DNA of 64,000 nt, taken from an uncultured delta proteobacterium (lineage in GTDB: Bacteria > Desulfobacterota > Desulfomonilia > UBA1062). Under the pieces are notes generated by a model. That model worked only from the letters and a program-made list of their open reading frames with translations, was not told the DNA's origin and searched no databases. The stretch covers positions 1 to 64,000 of the forward strand of contig CAWCTR010000032.1 in assembly GCA_963798485.1 (NCBI GenBank), read 5' to 3'. The position numbers and the translations under genes are program-made. Shown one piece after another: positions 1-9,824 of this stretch. Every line of letters starts with the position of its first letter. Positions within the stretch are counted from its first letter, which is position 1.

Positions 1-170
1 CTTGAGTTAATAACATGAAGAGCTTTGTCATATGAAATCGCCAGTTCTTTCTTGGGTACATAATTCTGTGATGCTTCAGGAAATTTTGTATTACCAAGAG
101 TAGTGGCACAGCTTACTAACATAACAACCATAAGCATGGTCATCACTAACGTTCTTGCTTTTTTCTCCAT
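1..170 (-). CDS. Partial lipoprotein (5' end only; runs off the window start)
   Basis: Manual translation from ATG at 170 (GGAGGGA RBS upstream): MEKKARTLVMTMLMVVMLVSCATTLG..., with lipobox LVSC. Not in the ORF track. Confidence 0.75.
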   Translation of the reverse strand, partial: MEKKARTLVMTMLMVVMLVSCATTLGNTKFPEASQNYVPKKELAISYDKALHVINS

Positions 171-226
171 CTTTTTCCCTCCATTTTCCTGATTAAATTA
201 TTTTAGCTAATGCACGTCGCTCATTC

Positions 227-1333
227 TTAAAAGTAATAGTATAAGCCAGCCCCTATACCGAATCCGCTCCAACCGGAGACCGTATATTTCTCGGAATGAT
301 ACGTAATACTACCGGTATTAGGATCAAAGGCAGGAACCTTATAATTAGTCTCTAGGGAAACTGTTGAATAGGAAAGTTCCATCCTCATCATAAGATTCTT
401 AACTATAGATTGAGCAGATGCCAGAATGCCAGCGTGTAAGTCAAAACCAGAACCCTTTATATCTCCAATATCACTAGGCACAGAACCTTTGTATGTAACT
501 GAAGAATAACCAAGCCCAGCATATGGCTTTGCGTTCATAGAACTGCCTATCTTGAACGGTTTATTGAACAGATAATCACCTCGCACTCCGATCATCTGGA
601 AGTCCCCTAAAGAAGAAAAGCTGACTTGGCCTTCAATGTTGTCGGTAAACCAATACTCAGCCGTTGGGCCAATACCGAAGGTTAAGGCTGATATCTCAAG
701 ACCTACACCGATTTTTCCTTTCATCTGGAATTTTTCCAGGCTCCCATTAGGGCGCTCGAATAAGTTTGAGACCGGCGAAACGTTTGCTTTGTTATCCTGG
801 TCTGACTTGTGAGCCTTGGTTTTCTTGTCTTCCTTGTTTATATTTTCTGCCTTCTCTTCTTTTTCCGATGAAGTATTACTAGCCACCTTAAACGTAGAAT
901 GATATGCAACAATCTTACCCCCATAATTCGACTTCTTCACATTGGGTCCTGTAAGCTTACTGCCATTTTTGCCGAAAATATCGCTCACTGATTGAGTTTG
1001 ATTTGCTGAATTTGGCGAGCTGATCTCAATCGTATAAGTGCCAGGGTTAAGAGCTGCACCATTTTTTGTAAAGGGGCCAGCTCGGAAAGAACCATTTGTT
1101 ACTGTAACTTCATCTTTTCCAATAAAAATATTGGTCTTCCGGGTCATGGTGATTATGAGCTCCGTGCCATCCGGTAAATTAGTTTCTCCAACAACTTCAG
1201 GTTTATTACCACCTTCAACAGAAGTTTTGATTAAGACATTCAATGCAACCGCCGGTGAAACGAAAAGGACTAATAACTGTAGTGGTACTAACAGTATTGG
1301 TAATAGTTTCCTCATCATAAGATCCCCTCGCAT
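227..1333 (-). CDS. Exported protein: N-terminal soluble domain + charged linker + C-terminal outer-membrane beta-barrel
   Basis: Signal peptide (VSPAVA-LN), amphipathic beta-strands and C-terminal GLYYYF (BAM-type aromatic end). True start probably ATG ~1318 after GAGGGG. Confidence 0.7.
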   Translation of the reverse strand: MRGDLMMRKLLPILLVPLQLLVLFVSPAVALNVLIKTSVEGGNKPEVVGETNLPDGTELIITMTRKTNIFIGKDEVTVTNGSFRAGPFTKNGAALNPGTYTIEISSPNSANQTQSVSDIFGKNGSKLTGPNVKKSNYGGKIVAYHSTFKVASNTSSEKEEKAENINKEDKKTKAHKSDQDNKANVSPVSNLFERPNGSLEKFQMKGKIGVGLEISALTFGIGPTAEYWFTDNIEGQVSFSSLGDFQMIGVRGDYLFNKPFKIGSSMNAKPYAGLGYSSVTYKGSVPSDIGDIKGSGFDLHAGILASAQSIVKNLMMRMELSYSTVSLETNYKVPAFDPNTGSITYHSEKYTVSGWSGFGIGAGLYYYF

Positions 1334-1446
1334 TTAATATTTAGATCAATTACTCTCCCCAATATTGATAAGTGGTTCGAATATCTATTTAACACCATCC
1401 ACTCTATTCTATTAGATTAAAATAGGAAGCAGCTCGATTCCTATTC

Positions 1447-2490
1447 TTAAAAGTAGTAATACAACCCAGTCCCGATACTGAAGTTGCTGTGTTCAGGAGG
1501 AGTATAACTAAATTGGTTTTCATCAAAGGATGAAGACGCTGTAGTTTTATAATTTATGGCCGAGTAGGAAAAATCCATCCGCGACATGAGATTCTTGACT
1601 ATAGATTGTGCAGATATCAGTATTCCTGCGTGTAAGTCTAAACCAGATCCCTTCGTATCGAATTTATATCCTTGGATACTCTCATCGGACTTCTTTGAAG
1701 AGTAGCCAATACCTATGTACGGCTTCATTTTCAAAGCATTGCCTATATTGAATGGTTTGTTGATGAGATATTCACCACGCAACCCAATAATCTGATAGTG
1801 CCCGAGGACTGAATAGAGCGCATGCAGGTCAATGTTGTCGGTAAACCAGTACTCGGCGGCTGGTCCAAGACCGAAGTATATAGCTGTGATATCAAAACCA
1901 ATGCCGATCTTCCCTTTCATCTCGAATTTTTCCAAGTTCCCATGAGGACGCTCAAAGAATTTGGAATTTGATGAGGTGTTCGCTTTTTCAGCAGTGTCTG
2001 TTTTTTCTGTCTTGTTTATATTATCCATCTTTTCATTTTCCGGTTTGGAAGTACCAGCAACCACCTTAAAAGTGGAGTGATATGAAACAATCTTGCCTCC
2101 ATACTTTGCCTTCTTTACATGGGGTCCTGTGAGTTTGATGCCATCCTTCCCGAAAACATCACTCACTGACTGAGGCTGATTTGCTGAATTCGGTGAGTTG
2201 ATCTCAATCGTATAAGTACCGGGATTAAGTGCTGCACCATTTTGCGTAAAGGGGCCGGCACTAAAAGCTCCATTCGTTACTTTTACATCATCTTTACCAA
2301 TAATACTGCTCTTACGGCTCACGGTTACCATGAGCTCTGTGTCATCCGGCAGATTGGTTTTTCCAACCACTTCAGGCATATTCCCACCTTCAATAGAAGT
2401 TGTGATTGAGACATTCAATGCCATGGCCGGGGAAACAAACAGCAATACGAACAGCAAAGGTAATAGTCTCTTCAAGTAATCTCCTCTCAT
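1447..2490 (-). CDS. Tandem paralog of 227-1333 (soluble domain + OM beta-barrel)
   Basis: Shares TNLPDxTEL, GPFTxNGAALNPGTYTIEI, AEYWFTDNI and GLYYYF. Probable TTG start ~2475 after AGAGGAG. Confidence 0.7.
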   Translation of the reverse strand: MRGDYLKRLLPLLFVLLFVSPAMALNVSITTSIEGGNMPEVVGKTNLPDDTELMVTVSRKSSIIGKDDVKVTNGAFSAGPFTQNGAALNPGTYTIEINSPNSANQPQSVSDVFGKDGIKLTGPHVKKAKYGGKIVSYHSTFKVVAGTSKPENEKMDNINKTEKTDTAEKANTSSNSKFFERPHGNLEKFEMKGKIGIGFDITAIYFGLGPAAEYWFTDNIDLHALYSVLGHYQIIGLRGEYLINKPFNIGNALKMKPYIGIGYSSKKSDESIQGYKFDTKGSGLDLHAGILISAQSIVKNLMSRMDFSYSAINYKTTASSSFDENQFSYTPPEHSNFSIGTGLYYYF

Positions 2491-2604
2491 TAAAAGTAAT
2501 TATTTATAACTAAAACTCAATAATAATTAATAATCATGCTTAAGAAGCCCATTGCGACAGGGTATTCTCTTGCTCGACACAGGAATCAGTAACTCTGCGT
2601 CACT

Positions 2605-4800
2605 CTATTTCTTAATCTTAATAGCAGGTGTTGGAGCAAAGGCATTATTATTCGATGTTGAGAATATTTGCATAGAAGAAGCACTCGAAACAGTATCACC
2701 AATACCATCATGCTGCCAATCTGGGACTGCAACTGGACTTCCATTAAACCAAATATCGCCAACAGCAATCTTTACGCCCGAGGATGTAACGACATAATAT
2801 CTTTCTACAGCATAGTTCCCAGTCAAATACCCATTAATAACCTGCCACACGTTTTGAGATGAATGATACCAAGCTGAGCTTGGCATGTCGGTATTTAGAT
2901 AAAACTGCCAATTTGTTGATTCGCTGGCATAATAATCAAGAATGTATGATACTAAAGATGCTCCGCTAGTGAATGTTATTGTTAAACTTGCTGGTGTGCC
3001 TGCATCACCATAATTAGGATTAACATCAATAGTAGCTGTTACATTATACCCGTTTATCCCTGTTAAATTTCCATTGCTTACATAAGCGTTTGCAACTATA
3101 TAACTAACCGTATTACTGACCTTGCCGGAGATGTCTACACCCCACCAGGTGTACGTGCCTGACGCCTGGTCTGTCGGGATGGTGTAGTTGATTGAGAACA
3201 TGCCATCAGATCCAATCGCTTGAGAGAGGGGTGTAAGCTCAGTACCATCCGGCTTGCTGAAATGGAGCGTTGCCGTACTGTTTGGTGTGAACCCGGTACC
3301 AGACTGAGTTACTGTATCACCTGGTTTGACAGTCAACGGCGTCTGAGCAACTGCGGGGTTGGAATTAAAGGTCGCGATAATATCCGAGACCGAAACACTT
3401 TCATTGTTGACTGTCACAGGTATGCTTGAAGGACCAAATGAATATCCTGCCAATGCCGGCGTTAATGTATATGAACCCCCTGTTACGTCTGGAAACGAGT
3501 AACTGCCTGTTGCAGCGGTTACCGCAGATAATGTATTAGCTCCAGCCAACGTTACCTTAACGCCTGTTAGACCTACACCACCAGATGTAACCTTACCTGA
3601 AACAGTATAACCTGTTTCATCAAGCGGAATATTTATATCAAAGAGTTGCAGACTAAAGTTGGCTAAAGTTTCAGTATAAACTTTCACCTCACCTCCGGCA
3701 TCGCCCTTAATGCCATAGCTCTTCTCGATATGGGATGGTTGGGTTGCAATGTATGAAATCTCACCATAGGGCTGCAAATCTATATAAGGTCCCAAAGCAC
3801 TATAGATATAGAATCCGAGCTTTGCACTAAGATAGGGTCTGGCAGAAAATGATACTTGATCGCCAATAGTATAATAAGGATTAAGTGTGCCATTATAGGA
3901 GGTTATAGGTGAGAAAGTATTATTCGAATATTCAAACCCAGCTGTTACTGTGCTCGTTGATGTAAACCCGGCGCTAACATCAAGTTTTCCCTCAGAAGAA
4001 AATTCTACCCCGATAGAGGGTGTAAACTCAATGGTCAAGAGCACTGGACCAAGATCTATAGGAATACTTACCATTAAGGCATCAAGAACTGTTTCCGGAC
4101 TAAAACTTACTGCACTTGTTATTGATAATGAATCGTTCATGTCAAGAGTTGCATCTCCAACAAGTGCTAATTTAAATTTGTTCAAGTGTGATCCGGAGAT
4201 ATCGATATCATAGTCCAAGTCTGGTGTGAATGTATAATTACCAGATAAGGATGAATTATAACTGCCGGATACACTCCAGTTCGTTAAAGGAATTGAGCAT
4301 GGAATTTCAGGAATACTTTTTGACCCACTAATGCCCCATTTCCTCATTATATAATGTAATTCTGCACTAGCCGGTGAAACATTCTTGGAAGACGGAATAG
4401 TTCCACTTATATGAAGTTCTTGAAAGGCATCCGTAAGAGTTGCTTGGCTTGTCGTAACTTGTATGGTGCCATCTGATGACTTGTTTATGGAAACTACTTT
4501 TTTAAGAAGCCCTTTGGGTGCGGCCGTTGATACACCTGAGATAATAATATCACCTGTTTTAATGGCATCAAGTTGAGTAGTAGAGGCAGAAAAAGAGAGC
4601 GTCACGCCATCATCAGAAACTGAAGAAAGATTACTTGTTGTGTCACTATCCAAAATTTTCGTATTGGGGGCAAGCTTATAATCCTGAGATTCACCTTTAG
4701 CATTAATACTACCACTCTTTCCACTACAACCAAAAAGGAGCGCAATAATAGAAAGAACAATGAATATCCGGAAAATGCCCGTGAACCTAGCCATGAACAT
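2605..4800 (-). CDS. Large Ser/Thr-rich surface lipoprotein with Ig-like/carboxypeptidase-regulatory-like domains
   Basis: Lipobox LFGC; YTVSGKV...GVKVTL...GSYSF..V..GSYTLTP pattern typical of prealbumin/Cna-B-like domains. Confidence 0.7.
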   Translation of the reverse strand: MFMARFTGIFRIFIVLSIIALLFGCSGKSGSINAKGESQDYKLAPNTKILDSDTTSNLSSVSDDGVTLSFSASTTQLDAIKTGDIIISGVSTAAPKGLLKKVVSINKSSDGTIQVTTSQATLTDAFQELHISGTIPSSKNVSPASAELHYIMRKWGISGSKSIPEIPCSIPLTNWSVSGSYNSSLSGNYTFTPDLDYDIDISGSHLNKFKLALVGDATLDMNDSLSITSAVSFSPETVLDALMVSIPIDLGPVLLTIEFTPSIGVEFSSEGKLDVSAGFTSTSTVTAGFEYSNNTFSPITSYNGTLNPYYTIGDQVSFSARPYLSAKLGFYIYSALGPYIDLQPYGEISYIATQPSHIEKSYGIKGDAGGEVKVYTETLANFSLQLFDINIPLDETGYTVSGKVTSGGVGLTGVKVTLAGANTLSAVTAATGSYSFPDVTGGSYTLTPALAGYSFGPSSIPVTVNNESVSVSDIIATFNSNPAVAQTPLTVKPGDTVTQSGTGFTPNSTATLHFSKPDGTELTPLSQAIGSDGMFSINYTIPTDQASGTYTWWGVDISGKVSNTVSYIVANAYVSNGNLTGINGYNVTATIDVNPNYGDAGTPASLTITFTSGASLVSYILDYYASESTNWQFYLNTDMPSSAWYHSSQNVWQVINGYLTGNYAVERYYVVTSSGVKIAVGDIWFNGSPVAVPDWQHDGIGDTVSSASSMQIFSTSNNNAFAPTPAIKIKK

Positions 4801-5077
4801 GGGTCCGCCCCCTCAAAAAAGTAGATAAAAGAAAGTCTCAGATGAGTATCATTCGTGGATGCAAAGGTTTCCCCATCTTGTCAAGTGCATAGCATGATAG
4901 AGCAACCTGATGATATTAATAACAATAAAATTGCCATTAATCAATCAGATTAATTCAATTGGCAAGATAATGACAATATAGAATATGCTGGATATCCGGG
5001 GACTATTAATCCTGCGTAATGGAATAGTATTGATGTTCAATTGCAATGAAGTCGGGTAGTGCTTTGTTGCCTGTTCA

Positions 5078-5359
5078 TCAGGACCTACCCTTCTTGAGCG
5101 CATTCATACGGTGGATAAATGCCAGGAGCTCGGCTACCACTTGATAGAGCTCTTCAGGGATCTCCTCATTGATATCAAGTCGATAGAGCGCCTCCATCAG
5201 GGTGGAATCCTGTTCTATGGGGATCTTGTTCTTCCTGGCCAGGGCCAGGATCTTTTCAGCCAGGGGCCCCCTGCCCTTTGCAGCGATTTTGGGGGCTGCA
5301 TCCTTGCCCCTTTCGTACTTCAGGGCAACGGCCTTTTTTATCTTGTCCTCTTTCTTCAT
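5078..5359 (-). CDS. FlhB C-terminal-like protein (EscU/YscU/HrcU family, YlqH/FlhX-like)
   Basis: KAVALKY...APKIAAKGRG..AEKILALA...IPEELYQVVAELLAF signature. Confidence 0.9.
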   Translation of the reverse strand: MKKEDKIKKAVALKYERGKDAAPKIAAKGRGPLAEKILALARKNKIPIEQDSTLMEALYRLDINEEIPEELYQVVAELLAFIHRMNALKKGRS

Positions 5360-6123
5360 ACCACCACGTCCACCGGAATACGCTGCGCTGCAACCGGTTT
5401 TTTTTGTATAATCTCAATGCCATTAACCCCATAAGGCTCAAGGCTTTTGCCAAGGTCTTTCATATGCGCCTTTAAAAAGTCCACAACCTCCTGGGTCGCA
5501 GAAGAGATTTCAACGGATATCCCTCTTTGGGTCCTTAAGACCGTGCTCTCGATAAGACCCAGGGCATCGGTCTGGATATCAAAATGCAACCGGTAATCCT
5601 GCCCGTCCTTTTCAATGGTTACCTGCGCCTTGCTGCGGGTATCTTCACCCACGACAGGGATCAGGAGATAGGCGATGGTATTGGTCGGTAGCTGTGAAAA
5701 GTCTTGGACAAACTTCCGGGCCATTTGCGCAGTCGTCTTATCATCAGGCAATTCGGATATGAGCTTCTTGAGGATCTCCTTAAGATCGAAGGCTTGTATC
5801 GGGGTACTGCCGAACTTTCCCACAAGCTGCTCCACGAGGTTGTCCATCAGCTTAAGTGCGGTCCTTGTCTCGGGAAATGATTCAACAGGCTTCATCACCA
5901 CCTTAGGGGTGGTGGCCTGAACCTTGAGATTAAGGACTTGGTCCTTTTGCAGGTCAAGGGTCGTCTCCACAAGAAGTTGCTTACCAAACATGGAGACCAG
6001 GACAAGTCCGTCTTTCGAGCTGGCGAGCACTGTTGCGATAACCTGCCGCCCGATAACCAGAGAGGGCATCTTGTCCTGCACAATGATGTCGCCGGCAGCG
6101 ACCTGGGCGGGTATAATACGCAT
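5356..6123 (-). CDS. Hypothetical protein with FliK-like C-terminal region
   Basis: Overlaps the FlhB-like gene; C-terminal 'LHFDIQTDALGLI...VEI' pattern and terminal DVVV. Confidence 0.55.
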   Translation of the reverse strand: MRIIPAQVAAGDIIVQDKMPSLVIGRQVIATVLASSKDGLVLVSMFGKQLLVETTLDLQKDQVLNLKVQATTPKVVMKPVESFPETRTALKLMDNLVEQLVGKFGSTPIQAFDLKEILKKLISELPDDKTTAQMARKFVQDFSQLPTNTIAYLLIPVVGEDTRSKAQVTIEKDGQDYRLHFDIQTDALGLIESTVLRTQRGISVEISSATQEVVDFLKAHMKDLGKSLEPYGVNGIEIIQKKPVAAQRIPVDVVV

Positions 6124-6138
6124 AACTTCTTATTAGTA

Positions 6139-6579
6139 TCAGCCCTGGGGATTACTTACCTTGATCATGAGCTGAATCTCACCCACAGGAACCCCGGTGA
6201 TCTGGGAGATCTCAAGGTCATCGAATCCACCCCTGTGAAGTTTCAGGACATCCGATGAATTGAACTGTCTGGCCTTTTTCACCTTCATCGAGGTCTCTTC
6301 CAATGCCTTCATAAGGACCTCGGCGTTTCGGATTTTACTATCAAGGTTATTCATGACCTTGGCGACAAGGTCTATCCTCTGCTGGACATTGCCATGGAAG
6401 GCATTCGAGAGATCCTGTGTCTGCTTCACTACTTCCTTAAGTTCCTCAAGGGCACCAGGCTTAACCTTTCTCTTTTTTTCCAGGACAAGGAGAAACACCA
6501 CGAATGCAATCAGGATTACCTGGATGACGACTTGGGCGATAAGAAGGAGTCTTGTAGGATCAGAAATGGGAAACAGCAA
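6139..6579 (-). CDS. Membrane-anchored coiled-coil protein with C-terminal HTH-like motif
   Basis: N-terminal TM, coiled coil, then 'EISQITGVPVGEIQLMI'. Confidence 0.6.
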   Translation of the reverse strand: MLFPISDPTRLLLIAQVVIQVILIAFVVFLLVLEKKRKVKPGALEELKEVVKQTQDLSNAFHGNVQQRIDLVAKVMNNLDSKIRNAEVLMKALEETSMKVKKARQFNSSDVLKLHRGGFDDLEISQITGVPVGEIQLMIKVSNPQG

Positions 6580-6581
6580 GG

Positions 6582-6887
6582 TTACACCACCACATCGATG
6601 ATGTGTTTCTCACCTTGGGGGTTTTCCTCTTCGGAAGCGGTCTGGGCCTTGGCCTTATCTTCCTTGGGGTTCTCTTTCCGGTGTTCCTCTTTTGCCTTGT
6701 CACTCACCGAGATCTCCTCGGCCTTCTTGGACTCGGCCACTTCCTTGTTTCTGCGCAGCCTTTCTTTTGCCTCTTGTTCGGTGATGACCTGACGTGCGAA
6801 CTCCGATTGGGCAAAGGGGCTCTGATTGATCTTCTCAATCCTCCCCGCCTGGGAGAGTATAGTAGAAATGTCGGATGGCCCTGCCAT
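6582..6887 (-). CDS. Charged hypothetical protein (flagellar-neighbourhood type)
   Basis: Start after GAGGGAAAGG; ends GEKHIIDVVV; tightly packed with the next three genes. Confidence 0.6.
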   Translation of the reverse strand: MAGPSDISTILSQAGRIEKINQSPFAQSEFARQVITEQEAKERLRRNKEVAESKKAEEISVSDKAKEEHRKENPKEDKAKAQTASEEENPQGEKHIIDVVV

Positions 6888-7028
6888 ATCCTTTCCCTCT
6901 ATTCTCCTATATCGACATGTATCCACTTAAACTTGAAATTGTAAAGGGTAACTTGCAGAAATCTTAGGATCCATAGAACTAACGGCTTAACAAGAAGACA
7001 TCTCGGTAAACTTCAGGGGGAGAGTCGC

Positions 7029-7397
7029 CTAATCCTGCGACTCTCCCACCTTCTGTACCGATCCGCGCATGCCCGCCTCGAAGAGCCTCCCGCATGATTC
7101 GAACAGGATATAGCGTGTTGCGAGCAGGGGGATGTTCTTCTCCTTGGCCAGCTTGATGGCATCCGGAGCGGGACGTTTTCCCCGCACGAAGATGATGACC
7201 TTGAGGTCCAGAGTATCAGCAGTCCGAACCACCAAGGGGTTCGTTAGACCGGTGAGGAGCATTGATCCCTCTTTTGCAAAGGCTAAAACATCGCTCATGA
7301 GGTCTGCGGCAAAACCCCGTTCAACCTTCATGTCCAGCATGTCCTCACCTACGATCACATCGGCATCGAGGATCTTTCTTACCTCCGCAAGGGTCAT
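7029..7397 (-). CDS. DRTGG domain protein
   Basis: AADLMSDVLAF...LLTGLTN..VVRTA...IIFVRGKRP signature. Confidence 0.9.
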   Translation of the reverse strand: MTLAEVRKILDADVIVGEDMLDMKVERGFAADLMSDVLAFAKEGSMLLTGLTNPLVVRTADTLDLKVIIFVRGKRPAPDAIKLAKEKNIPLLATRYILFESCGRLFEAGMRGSVQKVGESQD

Positions 7398-7421
7398 ACA
7401 CCCTCTCCTCTCTCACTACAG

Positions 7422-8828
7422 TTATTTCTTCGACATCAGGTACTGGTGAATTGCCTTGGCAGCCTTCCTCCCGGCACCCATTGCAAGGATGACCGTGGCA
7501 GCCCCTGTTACAATGTCGCCGCCTGCAAATACACCTTCCCTTGAGGTTTGTCCAGTCTCTTCATCAGCAACTATGTAGTTCCATTTGTTCGTCTTAAGCC
7601 CTGGGGTAGTACTCTGGACCAGAGGGTTCGCCCCTGCACCAATGGCAATAACGGCGGTGTCGATATCAATGACAAACTCGCTGCCCTTCATGGGTACCGG
7701 CCTTCTCCTCCCGGATTCGTCAGGTTCGCCCAGTTCCATCTTAAGACATTCTACACCTACCACCCATCCCTTGTCATTGCCAATGTAGCGGACCGGGTTG
7801 GTCAGGAGATGCAGTTCTATGCCCTCTTGCTCGGCATGGTGAATCTCCTCGATTCTGGCAGGCATTTCATCCCTGGAACGACGGTAAACGAGGTAGACAT
7901 GGTCTGCGCCGAGTCTCATGGCCGTACGCGCCGAATCCATAGCCACATTCCCGCCACCCACGACTGCCACGTTCTTGCCTTTGACAATGGGGGTGTCATA
8001 TTCAGGGAACTTGTATGCCTTCATGAGATTGCTCCGGGTAAGATACTCATTGGCGGAATAGACCCCATTGAGGTTCTCGCCGGGGATGTTCATGAAGGTG
8101 GGCAGACCCGCCCCTGTTCCGAGATAGACGGCGTCATACCCTTCCTCAAAAAGCTCATCGACCGTGGCGATCTTGCCTATGACACTCGACGTTTCGATCT
8201 TGGCGCCGAGCTTCTGGAGGTAATCCACCTCTGCGGCCACTATAGCCTTGGGGAGTCTGAACTCCGGGATGCCGTAGACCAAAACCCCGCCTGCCTTGTG
8301 CAAGGCCTCGAAGATGGTGACCTCGTGTCCGAGCTGAACCAGATCACCGGCGACAGTCAGACCTGAAGGACCTGAGCCGACAACAGCGACCTTTTTGCCC
8401 GTGGGGGTTGGTTTATCAGGTATTGATACCTCACCTGTTCCCCGTTCATAGTCTGCCACAAACCGCTCAAGCCTGCCTATGGCGACCGGCTCAGCCTTCT
8501 TCCCTCGCACACACTGGGCCTCACACTGCACTTCCTGAGGACATACCCTTCCGCATACGGCGGGCAGGGCGTTGGTTGCCTTTATCTTTTTCGCCGCACC
8601 GATAAAATCACCTTCCATAACCAGTGCGATGAAACCAGGGATATCGACTTCCACCGGGCATCCCTGGACGCAAGTGGGATTCTTGCACGTGATGCACCGA
8701 AGCGCCTCTGTCTTGGCCGTTTCCGGGGTAAATCCCAAGGGCACCTCATCGAAGTTCCGCGCCCGTACCTTGGGGTCCTGCTCCGGCATCGGTTGACGGG
8801 GGATCTTGAGTCTGTCTTTCATATCCAT
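7422..8828 (-). CDS. nfnB: NfnB/SudA large subunit (NADPH-dependent glutamate synthase small-chain homolog)
   Basis: CxxCxxxxCxxxCP and CGRVCPQExQCE Fe-S motifs, GSGPSG and GGGNVAMD dinucleotide motifs; adjacent to nfnA. Confidence 0.9.
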   Translation of the reverse strand: MDMKDRLKIPRQPMPEQDPKVRARNFDEVPLGFTPETAKTEALRCITCKNPTCVQGCPVEVDIPGFIALVMEGDFIGAAKKIKATNALPAVCGRVCPQEVQCEAQCVRGKKAEPVAIGRLERFVADYERGTGEVSIPDKPTPTGKKVAVVGSGPSGLTVAGDLVQLGHEVTIFEALHKAGGVLVYGIPEFRLPKAIVAAEVDYLQKLGAKIETSSVIGKIATVDELFEEGYDAVYLGTGAGLPTFMNIPGENLNGVYSANEYLTRSNLMKAYKFPEYDTPIVKGKNVAVVGGGNVAMDSARTAMRLGADHVYLVYRRSRDEMPARIEEIHHAEQEGIELHLLTNPVRYIGNDKGWVVGVECLKMELGEPDESGRRRPVPMKGSEFVIDIDTAVIAIGAGANPLVQSTTPGLKTNKWNYIVADEETGQTSREGVFAGGDIVTGAATVILAMGAGRKAAKAIHQYLMSKK

Positions 8829-8829
8829 G

Positions 8830-9681
8830 TTACTTGCCTCCCTTCCCAAGTCTGCATGAGCAGTAGTGGTCGTAGCATTCCTTCTCTTCGGTGAGGTAAA
8901 TCCTCTGCCTGTCTATGAGCTGCCGGAAGTCAACCTGATGGCCGTCGAATTCGGGCCCGTCCACGCATACGAATTGCGTCTTGCCGCCTACACTCACGCG
9001 GCAGGCGCCGCACATGCCTGTTGCATCGACCATGATGGAATTCAATGACACGACTGTCTTCACGTTATATTTCTTCGTGGTGTCACAGACCGCCCTCATC
9101 ATGGGCACCGGGCCGATGGCTACAACCATATCGATCTTCTGGCCCGGCAGGAGGTACTTGTTCTCCAGGGCCTGGCTGACAAAACCCTTATAGCCATAGG
9201 TACCGTCATCTGTTGCCACAATAAACTCATCGGAGACCGCCTTCATCTCGTCTTCCATAATGATGAGGTCCTTGGTGCGCGCACCGATGATGGAGATGAT
9301 GTGGTTGCCCGCATCCTTCAAGGCCTGGGTAATAGGGTAAACAGGTGCGATCCCCACACCGCCGCCGATACAGGCAATGGTCCCTATTTTCTCGATATGG
9401 GTCGGCTTACCGAGCGGACCTACGAGATCCATCAGCACATCGCCGGCATTCATATCGGCAAGAATCCCCGTAGACTTCCCGACCACCTGGAAGATGATCG
9501 TCACGGTCCCCTTTACCGGGTCGGCATCGGCAATGGTCAGGGGGACCCTTTCGCCCTCCTCGTGGATCCTGATAACCACGAACTGTCCGGCCTTACGTCT
9601 CTTGGCGATCTTCGGGCCATCGAGCACCATCTTGAACACGTTTTCGGATAACTGCTGTTTCTCAAGAATCTTGGCTGACAT
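8830..9681 (-). CDS. nfnA: NfnA/SudB small subunit (FAD/NAD-binding, [2Fe-2S])
   Basis: ERVPLTIAD, GGGVG, DATGMCGACRV and CVDGPEF motifs. Confidence 0.9.
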   Translation of the reverse strand: MSAKILEKQQLSENVFKMVLDGPKIAKRRKAGQFVVIRIHEEGERVPLTIADADPVKGTVTIIFQVVGKSTGILADMNAGDVLMDLVGPLGKPTHIEKIGTIACIGGGVGIAPVYPITQALKDAGNHIISIIGARTKDLIIMEDEMKAVSDEFIVATDDGTYGYKGFVSQALENKYLLPGQKIDMVVAIGPVPMMRAVCDTTKKYNVKTVVSLNSIMVDATGMCGACRVSVGGKTQFVCVDGPEFDGHQVDFRQLIDRQRIYLTEEKECYDHYCSCRLGKGGK

Positions 9682-9736
9682 ACACCCTCCATTATCCCTA
9701 ACTCTTCGAGCTAGCCTTTTTTCGTTCTTCTTGTAA

Positions 9737-9790
9737 TAAAAAAGTTGCAGGAGACTGATGATGGTTCCCCAGCATCGCCTCCTGCAACTT
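9737..9790 (-). terminator. Intrinsic terminator-like hairpin
   Basis: AAGTTGCAGGAG (9742-9753) pairs with CTCCTGCAACTT (9779-9790), followed by a T-run on the minus strand. Confidence 0.7.
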
Positions 9791-9824
9791 GTCTGTCTGC
9801 TCCTAGCTTTATGGGTGTATGCGC

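Noticed and set aside
5078-6887. Flagellar or T3SS export operon
   Set aside because: Only a FlhB-C-like and a FliK-like gene are present, a common satellite pair without structural genes here.
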